Positions 26,920-40,178 of a DNA stretch of 64,000 nucleotides are shown one piece after another. The notes under the pieces were generated by a model, which ran no database searches, was not told the origin of the DNA, and was given only the letters and a program-made list of their open reading frames with translations. The translations under genes and the position numbers were made by a program. Numbering within the stretch: position 1 is the first letter of the stretch; every line of letters starts with the position of its first letter. Origin of the DNA: Antedon mediterranea (lineage: Eukaryota; Animalia; Echinodermata); NCBI RefSeq assembly GCF_964355755.1, contig NC_092671.1:16740001-16804000 (forward strand), given 5' to 3'.

Positions 26920-28410
26920 ATTTTTCATGTGTCCCCTTAATAGGCGTGTCAGCTTTAATAGAGGGGTCTAAAAAGAGGGGTTCTATTTTCATGTGTCCCC
27001 TTAATAGGTGTGTCAGCTTTAGTAGAGGGGTCTTAAAAGAGGGGTCTATTTTTCATGTGTCCCCTTAATAGGCGTGTCAGCTTTAATAGAGGGGTCTAAA
27101 AGGAGGGGTTCTATTTTCACGTGTCCCCTTAATAGGCGCGTCAGCTTTAATAGAGGGGTCTAAAAGGAGGGGTTCTATTTTCATGTGTCCCCTTAATAGG
27201 TGTGTCAGCTTTAATAGAGGGGTCTTAAAAGGAGGGGTTCTATTTTCATGTGTCCCCTTAATAGGCGTGTCAGCTTTAATAGAGGGGTCTAAAAGGAGGG
27301 GTTCTATTTTCATGTGTCCCCTTAATAGGCGTGTCAGCTTTAATAGAGGGGTCTAAAAGGAGGGGTTCTATTTTCATGTGTCCCCTTAATAGGCGTGTCA
27401 GCTTTAATAGAGGGGTCTAAAAGGAGGGGTTCTATTTTCATGTGTCCCCTTAATAGGCGCGTCAGCTTTAATAGAGGGGTCTTAAAAGGAGGGGTTCTAT
27501 TTTCATGTGTCCCCTTAATAGGCGTGTCAGCTTTAATAGAGGGGTCTAAAAGGAGGGGTTCTATTTTCATGTGTCCCCTTAATAGGCGCGTCAGCTTTAA
27601 TAGAGGGGTCTTAAAAAAAGAGGTTCTATTTTCATGTGTCCCCTTAATAGGTGTGTCAGCTTTAATAGAGGGGTCTTAAAAGGAGGGGTTCTATTTTCAT
27701 GTGTCCCCTTAATAGGCGCGTCAGCTTTAATAGAGGGGTCTTAAAAGGAGGGGTTCTATTTTCATGTGTCCCCTTAATAGGCGTGTCAGCTTTAATAGAG
27801 GGGTCTTAAAAGGAGGGGTTCTATTTTCATGTGTCCCCTTAATAGGCGTGTCAGCTTTAATAGAGGGGTCTTAAAAGGAGGGGTTCTATTTTCATGTGTC
27901 CCCTTAATAGGCGTGTCAGCTTTAATAGAGGGGTCTAAAAAGGAGGGGTTCTATTTTCATGTGTCCCCTTAATAGGCGTGTCAGCTTTAATAGAGGGGTC
28001 TTAAAAAGAGGGGTTCTATTTTCATGTGTCCCCTTAATAGGCGTGTCAGCTTTAATAGAGGGGTCTTAAAAAGAGGGGTTCTATTTTCATGTGTCCCCTT
28101 AATAGGTGTGTCAGCTTTAATAGAGGGGTCTTAAAAGGAGGGTGTCTATTTTCATGTGTCCCCTTAATAGGCGTGTCAGCTTTAATAGAGGGGTCTTAAA
28201 AAAAGGGGTTCTATTTTCATGTGTCCCCTTAATAGGTGTGTCAGCTTTAATAGAGGGGTCTTAAAAAGAGGGGTTCTATTTTCATGTGTCCCCTTAATAG
28301 GTGTGTCAGCTTTAATAGAGGGGTCTTAAAAGGAGGGGTTCTATTTTCATGTGTCCCCTTAATAGGTGCGTCAGCTTTAATAGAGGGGTCTTAAAAGGAG
28401 GGGTTCTATT
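26920..28410. repeat. 64-65 bp minisatellite, about 23 copies, enclosed by MITE-like termini (26862-28413)
   Basis: Unit TTTTCATGTGTCCCCTTAATAGGCGTGTCAGCTTTAATAGAGGGGTCT(T)AAAAGGAGGGGTTCTA; flanked by TACAGTAGAA (26862) and TTCTATTGTA (28404-28413). Confidence 0.97.
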
Positions 28411-31400
28411 GTATTGATACACATACAAAAGGGTCAGGCTTTATTAAATAAAGTCTAATACATGGGCGTTATTGTCTGTCTGTACATGTGCAAAATATTT
28501 AACAAATTTACGAGATGTACAATACAATTACAATATAAAACATATCCTGTGATTAATTTGAAAAGTAACTTGTTATTGTAAACAAATGTTGAGTTTCTAA
28601 TATTATTGCTATATTTTATTCAGATGATACGTCATAGTACAGTTACAGTAATGCTATTCATATCACTATGTCAACTATTTTTATACAAACATAACGCATA
28701 GGATTTCAACCAACTGATGATCGATAATTTTATGGCTAGAATTACGAGGTTATTACTATAAAAAAAAATTATTTGACATCTAATTCTTAACTGTGGATGA
28801 TGGTAATTGTCCTATGACGTATTTCAACAGTTTATTTAATTTCCCAGTCATTTCCACAAAACTTTTCAAGGATATTGAAATTTCACGTGTTATTTTTTGG
28901 TATTATAATCATAGCGCACTTTACAAAGAGTTTATTTAAATGTCATTAATACTATTGAAGAGCTCAAATTACAGTTGAAGGAAAAGTTGTTTGATATAAT
29001 TGACTATTATATCATCATTAATCTTTTTTTATTAAATGATTACATAGCACATTTTGTTTTTATTATATTGAAAAATGAGCTACAGTAATCTGCTCTGTTA
29101 ATTCTCAAGTAAAATTATTCTATTCCTTATTATAAATATTATTTAATAGGTTAAGTGTTATTTTCATGAATTGAATAGAAAATTTGTTTTAATATGAATG
29201 AAAAAATTCCTCACAGTTATACAATGTTGTACAAAAATTGTATAGCTTTACCATTTAATTGTACATTTTCATGATTCTATTTATGCACACATCAGCAAAA
29301 TCATCAAGAAATGGGCCTACTAAATCACCTAAAAACAACTCCAAATGAATGAAAGGGCTAAATCTTGTAAATTTTGAATATTTCACCAGTCGTTTATGGT
29401 TGCCAATACTAGCTAAACTACGGAACGAATTAAACGGTGTTGAACTCTTGTCCACAACAGAACATCAGACGACATGGTACATACAGTATAGGATTCGCTA
29501 GTCACTTCTTCAGGACCCAAGTGGAAGTAGAAGTCTTTTCTTGGCTTTCCTTGTGATCAAGGTCTGTTCTTTTTTTTGCGAAAATTTCCGTTTAGTATAT
29601 TTTTACTTTGATTATTTTAATTTTGACATTTACTGTATATTTGTTCGTTATTTTTTCCGTGTTATATATTTTTTTAAATGGAAGCATTAGTAGCTTATTG
29701 TTTACTACGGCTGAATAAAATGGGTATTTGGAAACTCAGACTGGGCATACGCACACCCCAAAGCACGTCTGGGAAAAGAGAGTCTATGAAAACATTTGCT
29801 GATGAATATTGACATGCATGTACACAGTAGTTATCGTGAGATGAGCAGCGTTTTTTGTAAGAAATATTTCTTGTTTAACTTGATTGCTAAATAAAGAAAT
29901 TCAAAATTGTAAAATAAACATCTTCCTCATTTCTAGTATACTACGGATGTTTAATAACAGTCCCCACTTAGATCCTGAAGAAGCTTTTCCTATGCCTACA
30001 TTTGCATATTTAATCTGCAGTTTTTGCCATAAACATGCACATTAATACACATCAGTAAATGGCAAAATCCTCCTCAACAATTATTAACTCCCGATTAATA
30101 CAGATTTACACTGAATATTAGTAATTGTTATGATGTCAATATTTGTATGTTAATCCTAAAAATGTATCGGTAATTTACAAATAAAATATTTACAATGTAA
30201 ATGCAATTTATTGTTGCTGCCGGAAAAATCTGCTACACATGCATCATTCCTGTTCTTAAAATATCAAATTTTTACTTAGCTCCCATACGCTCTCTCAATC
30301 GCTAACCTGCAAATGTGGCAATACCAATGTTTAGAGAATACAGAAAAATCAAGAAATATTCCTTACAAAAAACTGTTTTAGTTATTGTTCTTTCTTCATT
30401 AAATGACGTTTTTAAAAAATTTAATCTAATAAATTAAGAAATTATTATAAATTATTTTTGTTTAACAATCAGTAGTAAACATTTAGTGTATACTGTGGTC
30501 TACCATACAGAACAAAAGTCCTAAATATAGTACTGTATATATTTCGGAGTAGGGGCATGATCCACATTCAAGTAAACAAAATTTCAAATTTCCCAGCCAC
30601 TGACAATATGTATTCACAAATTAAACAATTCTTCATCTACACACAATTATCCAAAATTACCATAGAGGAAAGATTGTTTAGAAAGCCAAAATAAAAACAT
30701 TGTTTATTGAACAAGTCTGCATACATCTCATAGATTCTCTTCTCCCAGATGTACTTCGGTGTTTGCGCATGTCCAGTACAAGTTTACAAATTTCCATTTT
30801 CCCAGCCTTAAACAATAAACTATAAGCTTCCAGTACGTGATACAGTTTCATAATGCTTCCGTCCTCTTGAATATAACTGCCTAAAGGCATGGCGCGAAAA
30901 TACTTTTATGAAAGATTATAAATTCATCTAGCGAAAATATTTGAAAAACTAGGCCATTAATCCATTCTATAAAACATTTTTCCTTGGATCAAAATCCTGC
31001 TCGGACTCTATTCACACTAATGAATCCCTATTAAACATCTACAAGTGCCAATAGACACACTGAATCACAATATTTTAATGGAATAAAATAAATATTAACT
31101 CATTATGTGTTAAAAGCACTACTACGAAAATATATCCATTAAAGTTTCAAATTAAAATTTACTTCATAATGAAGATACAATACTTTGATAATAAAGCATA
31201 CTTCTAATTTGTACTTCAAAATGTGAAATAATGCATTAAGTGCGTACCATAGTGCGACGCTACGTTACATTATATACACTACACTTGTGTACGTACTAAA
31301 GGATCGTAGAACCGTCATAAAATAAGTAAAAAACAACATTATTACTAACACACTTGGAATTATATTAGTACCGATATAGATGAAAAAGAACTAAAGTACA

Positions 31401-32895
31401 TAGGTCAAAGGTCACAGTTATGACATTAATGTGCCAACACAACCACTACTGGTGGTATCGTTAATGAAAGAATTACATTAGTTTTAAAAAGAGGAATAAC
31501 ATGTGGTGTAGTACTAATCTACTAATTGCACTTAATGCAGAAGTGTTTTGCTTTTCACTTACCTTAAAGCTAATAATTTAATTCAGTACTTGTGTGCTCT
31601 GCTTTAAAAAAAGAAAGACAGTATGTATAGCTATTAATGGATATCCTCGTCAAGTCAAGTATATACGAATATATAGACTAGAAAATAAAACAAACTGAAT
31701 TGCCAACAAATTCTGCTCTAAAAACAAAACTGTTTTTTCTTTTGTTTTTCTCTTATTTTTTTTTCTGTTGTCTTTTTTGTATATTGTTTAAAATGAAATG
31801 AAATTTTAAAAAAACAACAAACAAAAATTACCACATTGATTTTAACACTTTAGCAATATCAAGAAACTGTATTGTATGTAAATAACATGGAAGAATTATT
31901 CAAATATTAGTATTCAAAGTGGATAAACATGTTGAAAACATCAATGAATACAAAAAAATATAAAAAAAAAACAAATTTCTAGACAGCATACAGTACAGTA
32001 CATGTCACATAGTCTGAAAAGTCAAATATCCATTGCTTTTAAACATTTTTTTTTCAAAGAATGTTCAACAGAATCAAGACATTGAAAGGAACTTAAAACA
32101 GCTATCAAGACCAAAAGGCAGGTGTCTGGGAGCCATAGGGATATTAATATGCTATATGAAGCTTTACTTTAGGAGAGGAAGTAAATGAAAGTATTGCCAA
32201 TGTCAAGGATGATAAAGTACCTAGCATACTGGTATACCAAATTTAGATCTATATAAGAATAGAGATGACAGGATGAGTTTGAAGTACAGTAAAACAGATT
32301 TAATTAACCCTCCTTTAGGACACCTCCAGGCATGGATTTAGGCGGGAGATTTAGGCTTTAGCCTCCCCACACCATTAATTAAAATGTGAAACTCCGAAAT
32401 CGCTGAGTTGAACAAAATCAAATCAAATTGGACCAGGAAAATCACACACAATATTTTTGTTTATGTGCTAAGAAAGTAATAAATTAAACAAACATTGCAT
32501 TCTTAGTTTTTGTTACAATAAATACAATGTTATTTTGTTTATTCAGAAGACTTTGTTCAATCTTTCTATTGTTAGAAACAAAAACATCAGCATCAATAAT
32601 TAAAACAACTTGTTTTCTGTATGTAAAGCTAATTCATTCAGTCTAGACAATAACTCACTATACTAGACTAAAAATAGATAGATAGGCCTTGCAATAAAAT
32701 ATAGTTTGAAAAATAGTCAGACTTGCCAAATCCCAGCATAATTAAGAAATACGTGTTTTTATATGTAAGGTTGAAAATAATAAAATCATTCTCTGTAACA
32801 AAACTATAATTACATAAATTAAACAAAAAATCAAGTATGTTGTAAGTTGTTTATTAGAGATCTTATGGATTTGCGACGGCTGACAACCTAAGAAG

Positions 32896-33690
32896 AAGTT
32901 AGGTCATATTAATTCAATGAAGTAGGACATGATTTCTCATTCTTACAGTATATACTGTACTGTAGTTTTGGTCCAGATGATCGCCGAGGAACAAGTTAGG
33001 TCATATTAATTCAATGAAGTAGGACATGATTTCTCATTCTTACAGTATATACTGTACTGTAGTTTTGGTCCAGATGATCGCCGAGGAACAAGTTAGGTCA
33101 TATTAATTCAATGAAGTAGGACATGATTTCTCATTCTTACAGTATATACTGTACTGTAGTTTTGGTCCAGATGATCGCCGAGGAACAAGTTAGGTCATAT
33201 TAATTCAATGAAGTAGGACATGATTTCTCATTCTTACAGTATATACTGTACTGTAGTTTTGGTCCAGATGATCGCCGAGGAACAAGTTAGGTCATATTAA
33301 TTCAATGAAGTAGGACATGATTTCTCATTCTTACAGTATATACTGTACTGTAGTTTTGGTCCAGATGATCGCCGAGGAACAAGTTAGGTCATATTAATTC
33401 AATGAAGTAGGACATGATTTCTCATTCTTACAGTATATACTGTACTGTAGTTTTGGTCCAGATGATCGCCGAGGAACAAGTTAGGTCATATTAATTCAAT
33501 GAAGTAGGACATGATTTCTCATTCTTACAGTATATACTGTACTGTAGTTTTGGTCCAGATGATCGCCGAGGAACAAGTTAGGTCATATTAATTCAATGAA
33601 GTAGGACATGATTTCTCATTCTTACAGTATATACTGTACTGTAGTTTTGGTCCAGATGATCGCCGAGGAACAAGTTAGGTCATGTTAATT
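32896..33690. repeat. 97-bp tandem repeat, 8 apparently identical copies plus a partial copy
   Basis: AAGTTAGGTCAT recurs every 97 bp from 32896 to 33672. Confidence 0.97.
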
Positions 33691-34164
33691 TATTGTGCGC
33701 ATTGTAAATCGTGTTTTCTTTTTAAACTCTTGAATTCATAATAGTAATTGAACTCTTAGCTCTTTCACTGTGTAGGCCTATTTTTACAAACAACTATTAA
33801 TGCTAACCCTAGCTCTAGTAGGGCCTAGCTAGGCCTACTCTTCTTAATTAAAAGATTAATCCACGTCTAGCGACGGTCAATCGCGATTAGGTTGCATCTT
33901 TTTTTTTTTTTTTTGAGAATTAAGGGGGGTGGCTAGCCACCCTATTCACCCCCCTAGATCCGCCACTGTACAGTTCCTAAGTCATCACAAATCATAATCT
34001 CTCTTCCTTGTTGGTGGACAGAGAGAGAGAGAGAACATTGAGTAACTACTGCAGATAATGACAGAAGGAACATATTATTAAATCTGTAAAGGTACCAATA
34101 GAGTAACAGTACTGTACTGGAGAACATAAAATACCAAATGTTATTATGGGCTGCCAATTTGTGA

Positions 34165-34325
34165 TGATCGAAAATTAGCGACGAACTTAAGTCAGGTCGA
34201 TCGATGTGTCATCGGTCATCGTCTGGACCTACACTGTAGAAACCAGTGTCTAGGTGGGTAACAAGGACACACGTTTCAAATATTCTCACATGCGCATAAT
34301 GAACTAACATGACTTTAGCTCCCTA
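34165..34325. mobile_element. Degraded copy of the GGGAGCTT-ended MITE also at 53936-54120
   Basis: Shares GATGTGTCATCG.TCATC...TGGAC, TAACATGAC and terminal AGCTCCCTA with the other copy. Confidence 0.55.
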
Positions 34326-35862
34326 TCATCAATTTAAGGAAACTATACTAATATTTGGTATCAAGTCAAAGGACAGTATATCCTAAAGGTCAAATCCAAT
34401 AATTACAATATCTACACCATTAATGGTTAACCATAATGTGAAAGCCTCCATATGGACTTGTTAATGCATTGGGCCATTATCACTCACACTAATATCATCA
34501 TCAAGCCTAATATGTACAATTCAATCACTAGCTAATGGATTAAGGTAGTTTATATAAACAAATAATACTATTTATATCATTAGTAACTGTTTGACTTGTT
34601 TAACTGTACAGTATATGGGATATAAATAATACAGTATTAGTAGATTCAGATGCCTGCCCTGGTAGTGATACAGTAAAGTATTAATTATATCACCAGGATT
34701 AAATTCTACCGATGACGGAAAATGTATCTATTAATAGTTAGACTGTAGATCATTTTTACAAAAAAAGAGAAATACTGTAGCATTAACTCTTATTTGTAAC
34801 TGTTATCTATTCTTACCATTAGCTTACAATTCAGTAAGCATGTGGAATACATTCCGATGATGTGCATTTCTTTGTTTTTACTGACTACTAAAGAACTTCC
34901 ACTAAAAACTACATTCATTGTAAAAGGTACAGACAGCTGTGACCAAGTAAAGTACTGTACACTAACTAGATACTTTAGAAGCAGGATAGAACTACTGTAA
35001 GACCACATGGCTTCTGTTTACCATTTATTACTAAATTCAAATTAGATTAAATGTTGTAATACCTATTTTAATTTTATATTGGTAACCATACTGTACATAG
35101 TGTACTATACAATATCTGTCAACTTTGCAGTATTTTTTTACGTTTTAAAGTAATTAGCAATGCATTAAAAAATTAAGTAGTATTTCAAATAGCTCAAGCA
35201 CTACAGCTTCTACTCTAGCTCGGTGCGGATCAATTTGATTTAGAGGTCTATGTTTAATTGAATTCCACTTTATTTAACCATGTAGGCTCAGATCAACGGA
35301 TGGTTAGATTTTGTGTTTTTCATAATTGAGTTGCCTTTAATTAGAAGGCTACATGAACTACTTCATTAAGTACGGTAACAATTACTCAAGTCGGTAAGGT
35401 ATAGAATGTTAAGAAAGCAGCTGAATGAAAATGATTAGCACTCTACCCCAGGCCAGAAAGAGTCTTCAAGATATGTTTGTAAGATCCAATAGAAAAGATC
35501 TTTGCATGATAAGACCGAATATTAAATTCTAACATACTATGACTTAATTCAATTAAAAAGACCAGATGATACTCAAAGAATTCACTTGTTTGTTGGTCAA
35601 TTTACGCATGGATAGTTTTTCCCAACGCAGAAATGTCAGTGAACTTGAAGACTCAATCATATGATGAAATTCATATGATATGAGTCACATTTGTCAACGT
35701 GAACATAAATGCTTTATCTCAATTTTCTTGTTAATGAACAGGTTCACCAGGATTTAAAAAGATACTCTGTTTATAAGAATGAATTCTGTCACACGAATGT
35801 ATTTGTGGACTTTACCATTTATGGAGAGCGGTGTTCAATGAATGTTCTATACTTTTCGAGTA

Positions 35863-36863
35863 CTATAAAGCCCAAAATTGTCACGGCCCTAAATTTTTCG
35901 CTATTTTACCTTTTTAACTATTTAGCAACCTTTTATTTTCGTGATTTGTGTTTCTTGTGTAATTTGTTAAACAAAATTGGCGAAATGTATTTTGCCTCCG
36001 CGATGAACGTCAAACAACAATTAAATAGCTTCAAGTAAAATTACAGAATACACGGTTGTAAATTTAGGGATGTAAATAAATGTTTTGGCCACACAGTGGG
36101 TGACACGTGTTTAATAGGCTCTTAGATAGCGAACATCCCCATAATTAATGTACTCTACCAAATTATTGTTGTTTCTACAAAACAACGAACGGGTGCAACA
36201 ACGCCGGCCGGATGGATCTCTGTGGTGGAGAGCATGGCGATGGTATTTTGCTGTTTGCTACACATCACAAGCTAGGCTAACACATATAGAATAATGTAAT
36301 TACCTTAATGGACACGATACAACTTATATGATTTAATGACAAAGGATTCGTCAAGCAAGTACACTATATACATTTCTTAAAAAATAGTACACTATACATT
36401 TCATAAAAAATTACCTAAGAAACTTTTTTTATTCCAATTTGAACATTATTTTAGCGATCAATCCTCCCATGGCGCATGTCGATCGCTATGAGGAGGAATT
36501 GCATCACCGTTTTGAGCGAGGCAGCGCAGGCTGAGTAGGGCCTAGCTAGCATTTTTGGTCGGTTGCAATTTATTTTAATGTTTAAATTAGTACACCTGAA
36601 GGCTGAACAAACAATATAAATAATATCGCGGTTCGTAAATGTTTCAAAGAATACACAATTAGACGTTTATCGTAACTATTTCATTTTCACTTTTTCCATA
36701 TTTAGGCTAGGCCTGGCTAACTATAAGCCAGGCTATGACGGATCGACTGTAAACAACATTGTTGGGAATTTCGTCATTTCTGCGCGCCCTTTATTTTCAT
36801 GATCGTTGTTCAATTGCGAAAGTCGCGAAAATAAAGGCCGCATGGAAATTTTGGGCTTTAGAG
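35863..36863. mobile_element. Non-autonomous Tc1/mariner-type DNA transposon (about 1 kb)
   Basis: TIRs CTATAAAGCCCAAAATT / AATTTTGGGCTTTAGAG, TA on both flanks, subterminal TTTATTTTCG/CGAAAATAAA motifs. Confidence 0.8.
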
Positions 36864-37395
36864 TATATTTACTTCGAGGATAATGGCATTTGTCAGTTTA
36901 TCAAGGTAAACTAGAAATCGTAAAACATACAAGCATTAATCAAATGTTTGCCAAGATTTAAAATTGAATGTAAGAATGTCACATGGCTAGACATTAATAC
37001 AACCACAGAAAACATGTATTTAAACTGACCAAATGACCTGGACATTATCAGAAATACTTTCTTTCATTTAATTAGTAAAGGGAATTGCTACAGCAAAGGG
37101 AATTACTATCACAAATTGTATACAGTACAAGTGCCAGATAAAAATGACAAAACTACTTGAAACTATTGTAGCCAAAAAAGCAATACAAAAAAGTCACAGT
37201 ATTACATTTTATTTAGTGTAGTAATAACTAGTAATATGAACTGATTAAATAATTTATTATAATACATACAACTTAGCATTACTTTCCAATTTTATATGAC
37301 AATTTGGAAAAAAAATGATATTTTCTCTATTAAACAATAATTTCTTTGTCCAAATGCTAATTTATACTTTATTAACATGTCTGCTCTTACTTTAA

Positions 37396-38795
37396 AGTGG
37401 AGCTCCACCCAGAAAATTACTATTTTTCATACATTTCAACTATTATTTAAAAATATCATCCCTTATACTTCATATTTTTTTGAATTTTTTTTCAATGAGT
37501 ACGATTTTCTTGAAAATCACGCCTTTTTGCGTTTTGGGGGGATACCTTGTAATTTCCTATTCTTTTACATGCAAAAGGGGGGTATATTTGAATAATCCTA
37601 AAAAATTCATTTCTTCACCAAAAAAAAAATGTAAAATGTATATTTATGTAATTTTTCCAGATCTTTCTATTTCTGGTATTTTTATCATGTATACATTGCG
37701 CAATTTTGCGTAAATAGACACTTTCCCCCGTTCGGGTCCAATTGGGTTTTTTATTTTGCTAGGGAGTACGATCACGTGACATTTTTCACAATCACACTAC
37801 TGCAGCTGGCGATCTGTTATTTTGTCACGATGTTATTTTTGACGGGCGAAAAGTATATTAAAACATTCTGAATGTGACCCTATTATGTTTCACAGTGTAA
37901 TAATGTGATTATGAGACTATTACTAAAATGTCAAATTTAACGAGATTTGAGAAAGACGTGGCTATATATTCAATAAAGCTAGGCCTAGGCCTACTAGAGT
38001 GTAGGTATGTACCGATGCTGCTTGGCCTCTAGCTAGCTAGGCTAGGCTGACAGCAGTGAAGTTTGTTTTGCTGGCACCCGACCTTGGCCTACCCATGGGC
38101 CATGATAGGGTGCCTGAATAGTTGCTTTTCAGTCAGTCAGGTCTAAGCTTGCACATCGCTTTACTACTCTTTACTACTCTTGTTCTGTATACTATAGGAT
38201 TTTGTGTTTCACAATTCTTAATGTGCGAGAAAACCCAGGAACGATAAATGGGGCGAAACGACCATGCCTATGAATACATAGGCCTCTAGACAAAAATTCA
38301 AGGCTAGCTAGGCTGAGCAGACGGCTGAGCTAGGCCTAGCCCTAGCTTAAAGTTAAAAGCAATCTGATAAGATTATTATGCTGTTGTTGTACAGTGAAAA
38401 TCATGAGGTTACATGTAAATTATACTGACATTCTTATCGGAAATATTACTTAGGCCTAAACAAATCGTATTAATTAATTGTGTGTATAAAATTTATTCCC
38501 CATTTTTCGACACATAATTTACCATAAAGGGGAGACATTTCATCAATGCGTTGACCGGCGACTAAAACGCGTCAGTCGCTAAGTGTAACGCGTTTTGCGA
38601 CGTATTGTAAACTAATAACCCCTAAGTTACTGAAAAACTGTAATGTGTTAAAAAACACCATTTCCTGACCGATTTTTTAGAAATGAGTTTTTGGAAAATA
38701 TTTCAGTATTTTTCCTGTTTTTTTTTATGTAATCACTTTCAATTAAACATACTTTATATATATATAAGCTGAGAAAGTCTGAGTGTAGCTCCACT
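37396..38795. mobile_element. Non-autonomous Kolobok-like DNA transposon (1400 bp)
   Basis: TTAA TSD on both sides, AG...CT ends, TIR AGTGGAGCTCCACCCAGA / TCTGAGTGTAGCTCCACT (16 of 18). Confidence 0.85.
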
Positions 38796-40178
38796 TTAAA
38801 TTTAACATAAACTCATAAAACTACAAAGCAATTGTGTTTTCTATTTCAAATGTTTGACTTCCTAAATCATTTGGCTTCTACATTCCATTAACGTTCTGGA
38901 GGGCTCAATGTGGATATAGCAATACCCGTATAAATCATGTTTATTTTTGTGTGTACTGTATATAATCTTATTTTTGAATAATATACCAGTGTACTCACGA
39001 TCTACTAGTGCTATTATTATTCTTACTAGTCATCAATTTAAAAATGATCATGACAAGTTGTGGATTTTAAAAACGTGCTACTGAAACAAGGAAAAAATAC
39101 TTGGCAGAGTATGAATTTTTTAAAAACCTCTTCCTAAAAATGTAAATTATATTCATGGATAGTAAATTTATCAGTTCTGCTTTGTAGAGAAAAGGTTGTT
39201 AACGTTTAGAAGTATTTAGAATCTTATGATCTTGAGGTTGCCAAGGACACGTAGTAAAGTACAAGTTACCTTTCCAGAATAATGAGGATGTTTACATGCT
39301 GATTAACATTCAGAAAGTTACTGCTATGAAAAAACTAGGTCACCAATTACTTATAATCCAAATTACCATGGCAATCTAATAGTTTATAAGTGCCATATGA
39401 CCTCCTATACATGGTTATAACGCAGTTCAAAACTGCTCATTACTGTAAAATAGATGTGTGAAATAATGCAAGTGAGAAATAATACCATAGTTCATAGGTT
39501 ATTTCCATTTCATAATAGAGACTTTCATATTTAAGATGTTAATATGAACAAAAAAATTGTGTTTAAGTCTAGATCTGAAATCACACCATTTTAATAATAA
39601 TAATATCTATTTCCACAAATAATAGCACAAACTACAGAGTAACACATTAAATATACAGCCGATGAACATCATTAAATGCAAGAAAAGTAATATATAAGTG
39701 GAAAAGGGAAGCCACAGCAAGCAAGCAATACATTGGGCATCTTTTCACTCAGCACTGCGGTAATAATTGTAGCAAGCAAGCCAGTGTTATTGCCAGTCCT
39801 CTTCACACTAGTGCTGTAATTTTTCCATTTCATGCCTGAAAGGGGGGTTCTAGCAAAAGTTGCAAAATTCCTGTTAATTTGCTTCATTGCATAAGGAGGT
39901 TATTACAATGGACCCCCTTCACATTACCTCAAGATTGCAGTCTCACAATATGCTTGAAAGGGGGCTATAGGCCTAGACAACACAAGATACTTACAGTTTA
40001 CAATCACTTTCCAAATACTTGGCTGAAGTTAGGTGAAATACTGGTATACAAAGATAAGGGGTTTATGATATTGAATCTTGTCTTTTACTCATCCTCAATT
40101 TATCAATCCATTTAAGATTGTCACATCAGTCTCGGATCTGAATTAAATTTAAAATACAATGTAAAATTAGGTTATTAA

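Noticed and set aside
27083-27679. ORFs with KIEPLLLDPSIKADTP repeats
   Set aside because: Products of the 64-65 bp array; frames break with unit-length variation.
29250-29480. Exon-like stretch (plus frame ...LWLPILAKLRNELNGVELLSTT)
   Set aside because: No recognisable homology and no convincing splice pair or partner exons.
30740-30905. Promoter-like motifs TGCGCATG and CATGGCGCGAAAA (E2F/YY1-like)
   Set aside because: Isolated short matches with no linked exon; cannot be supported from sequence alone.
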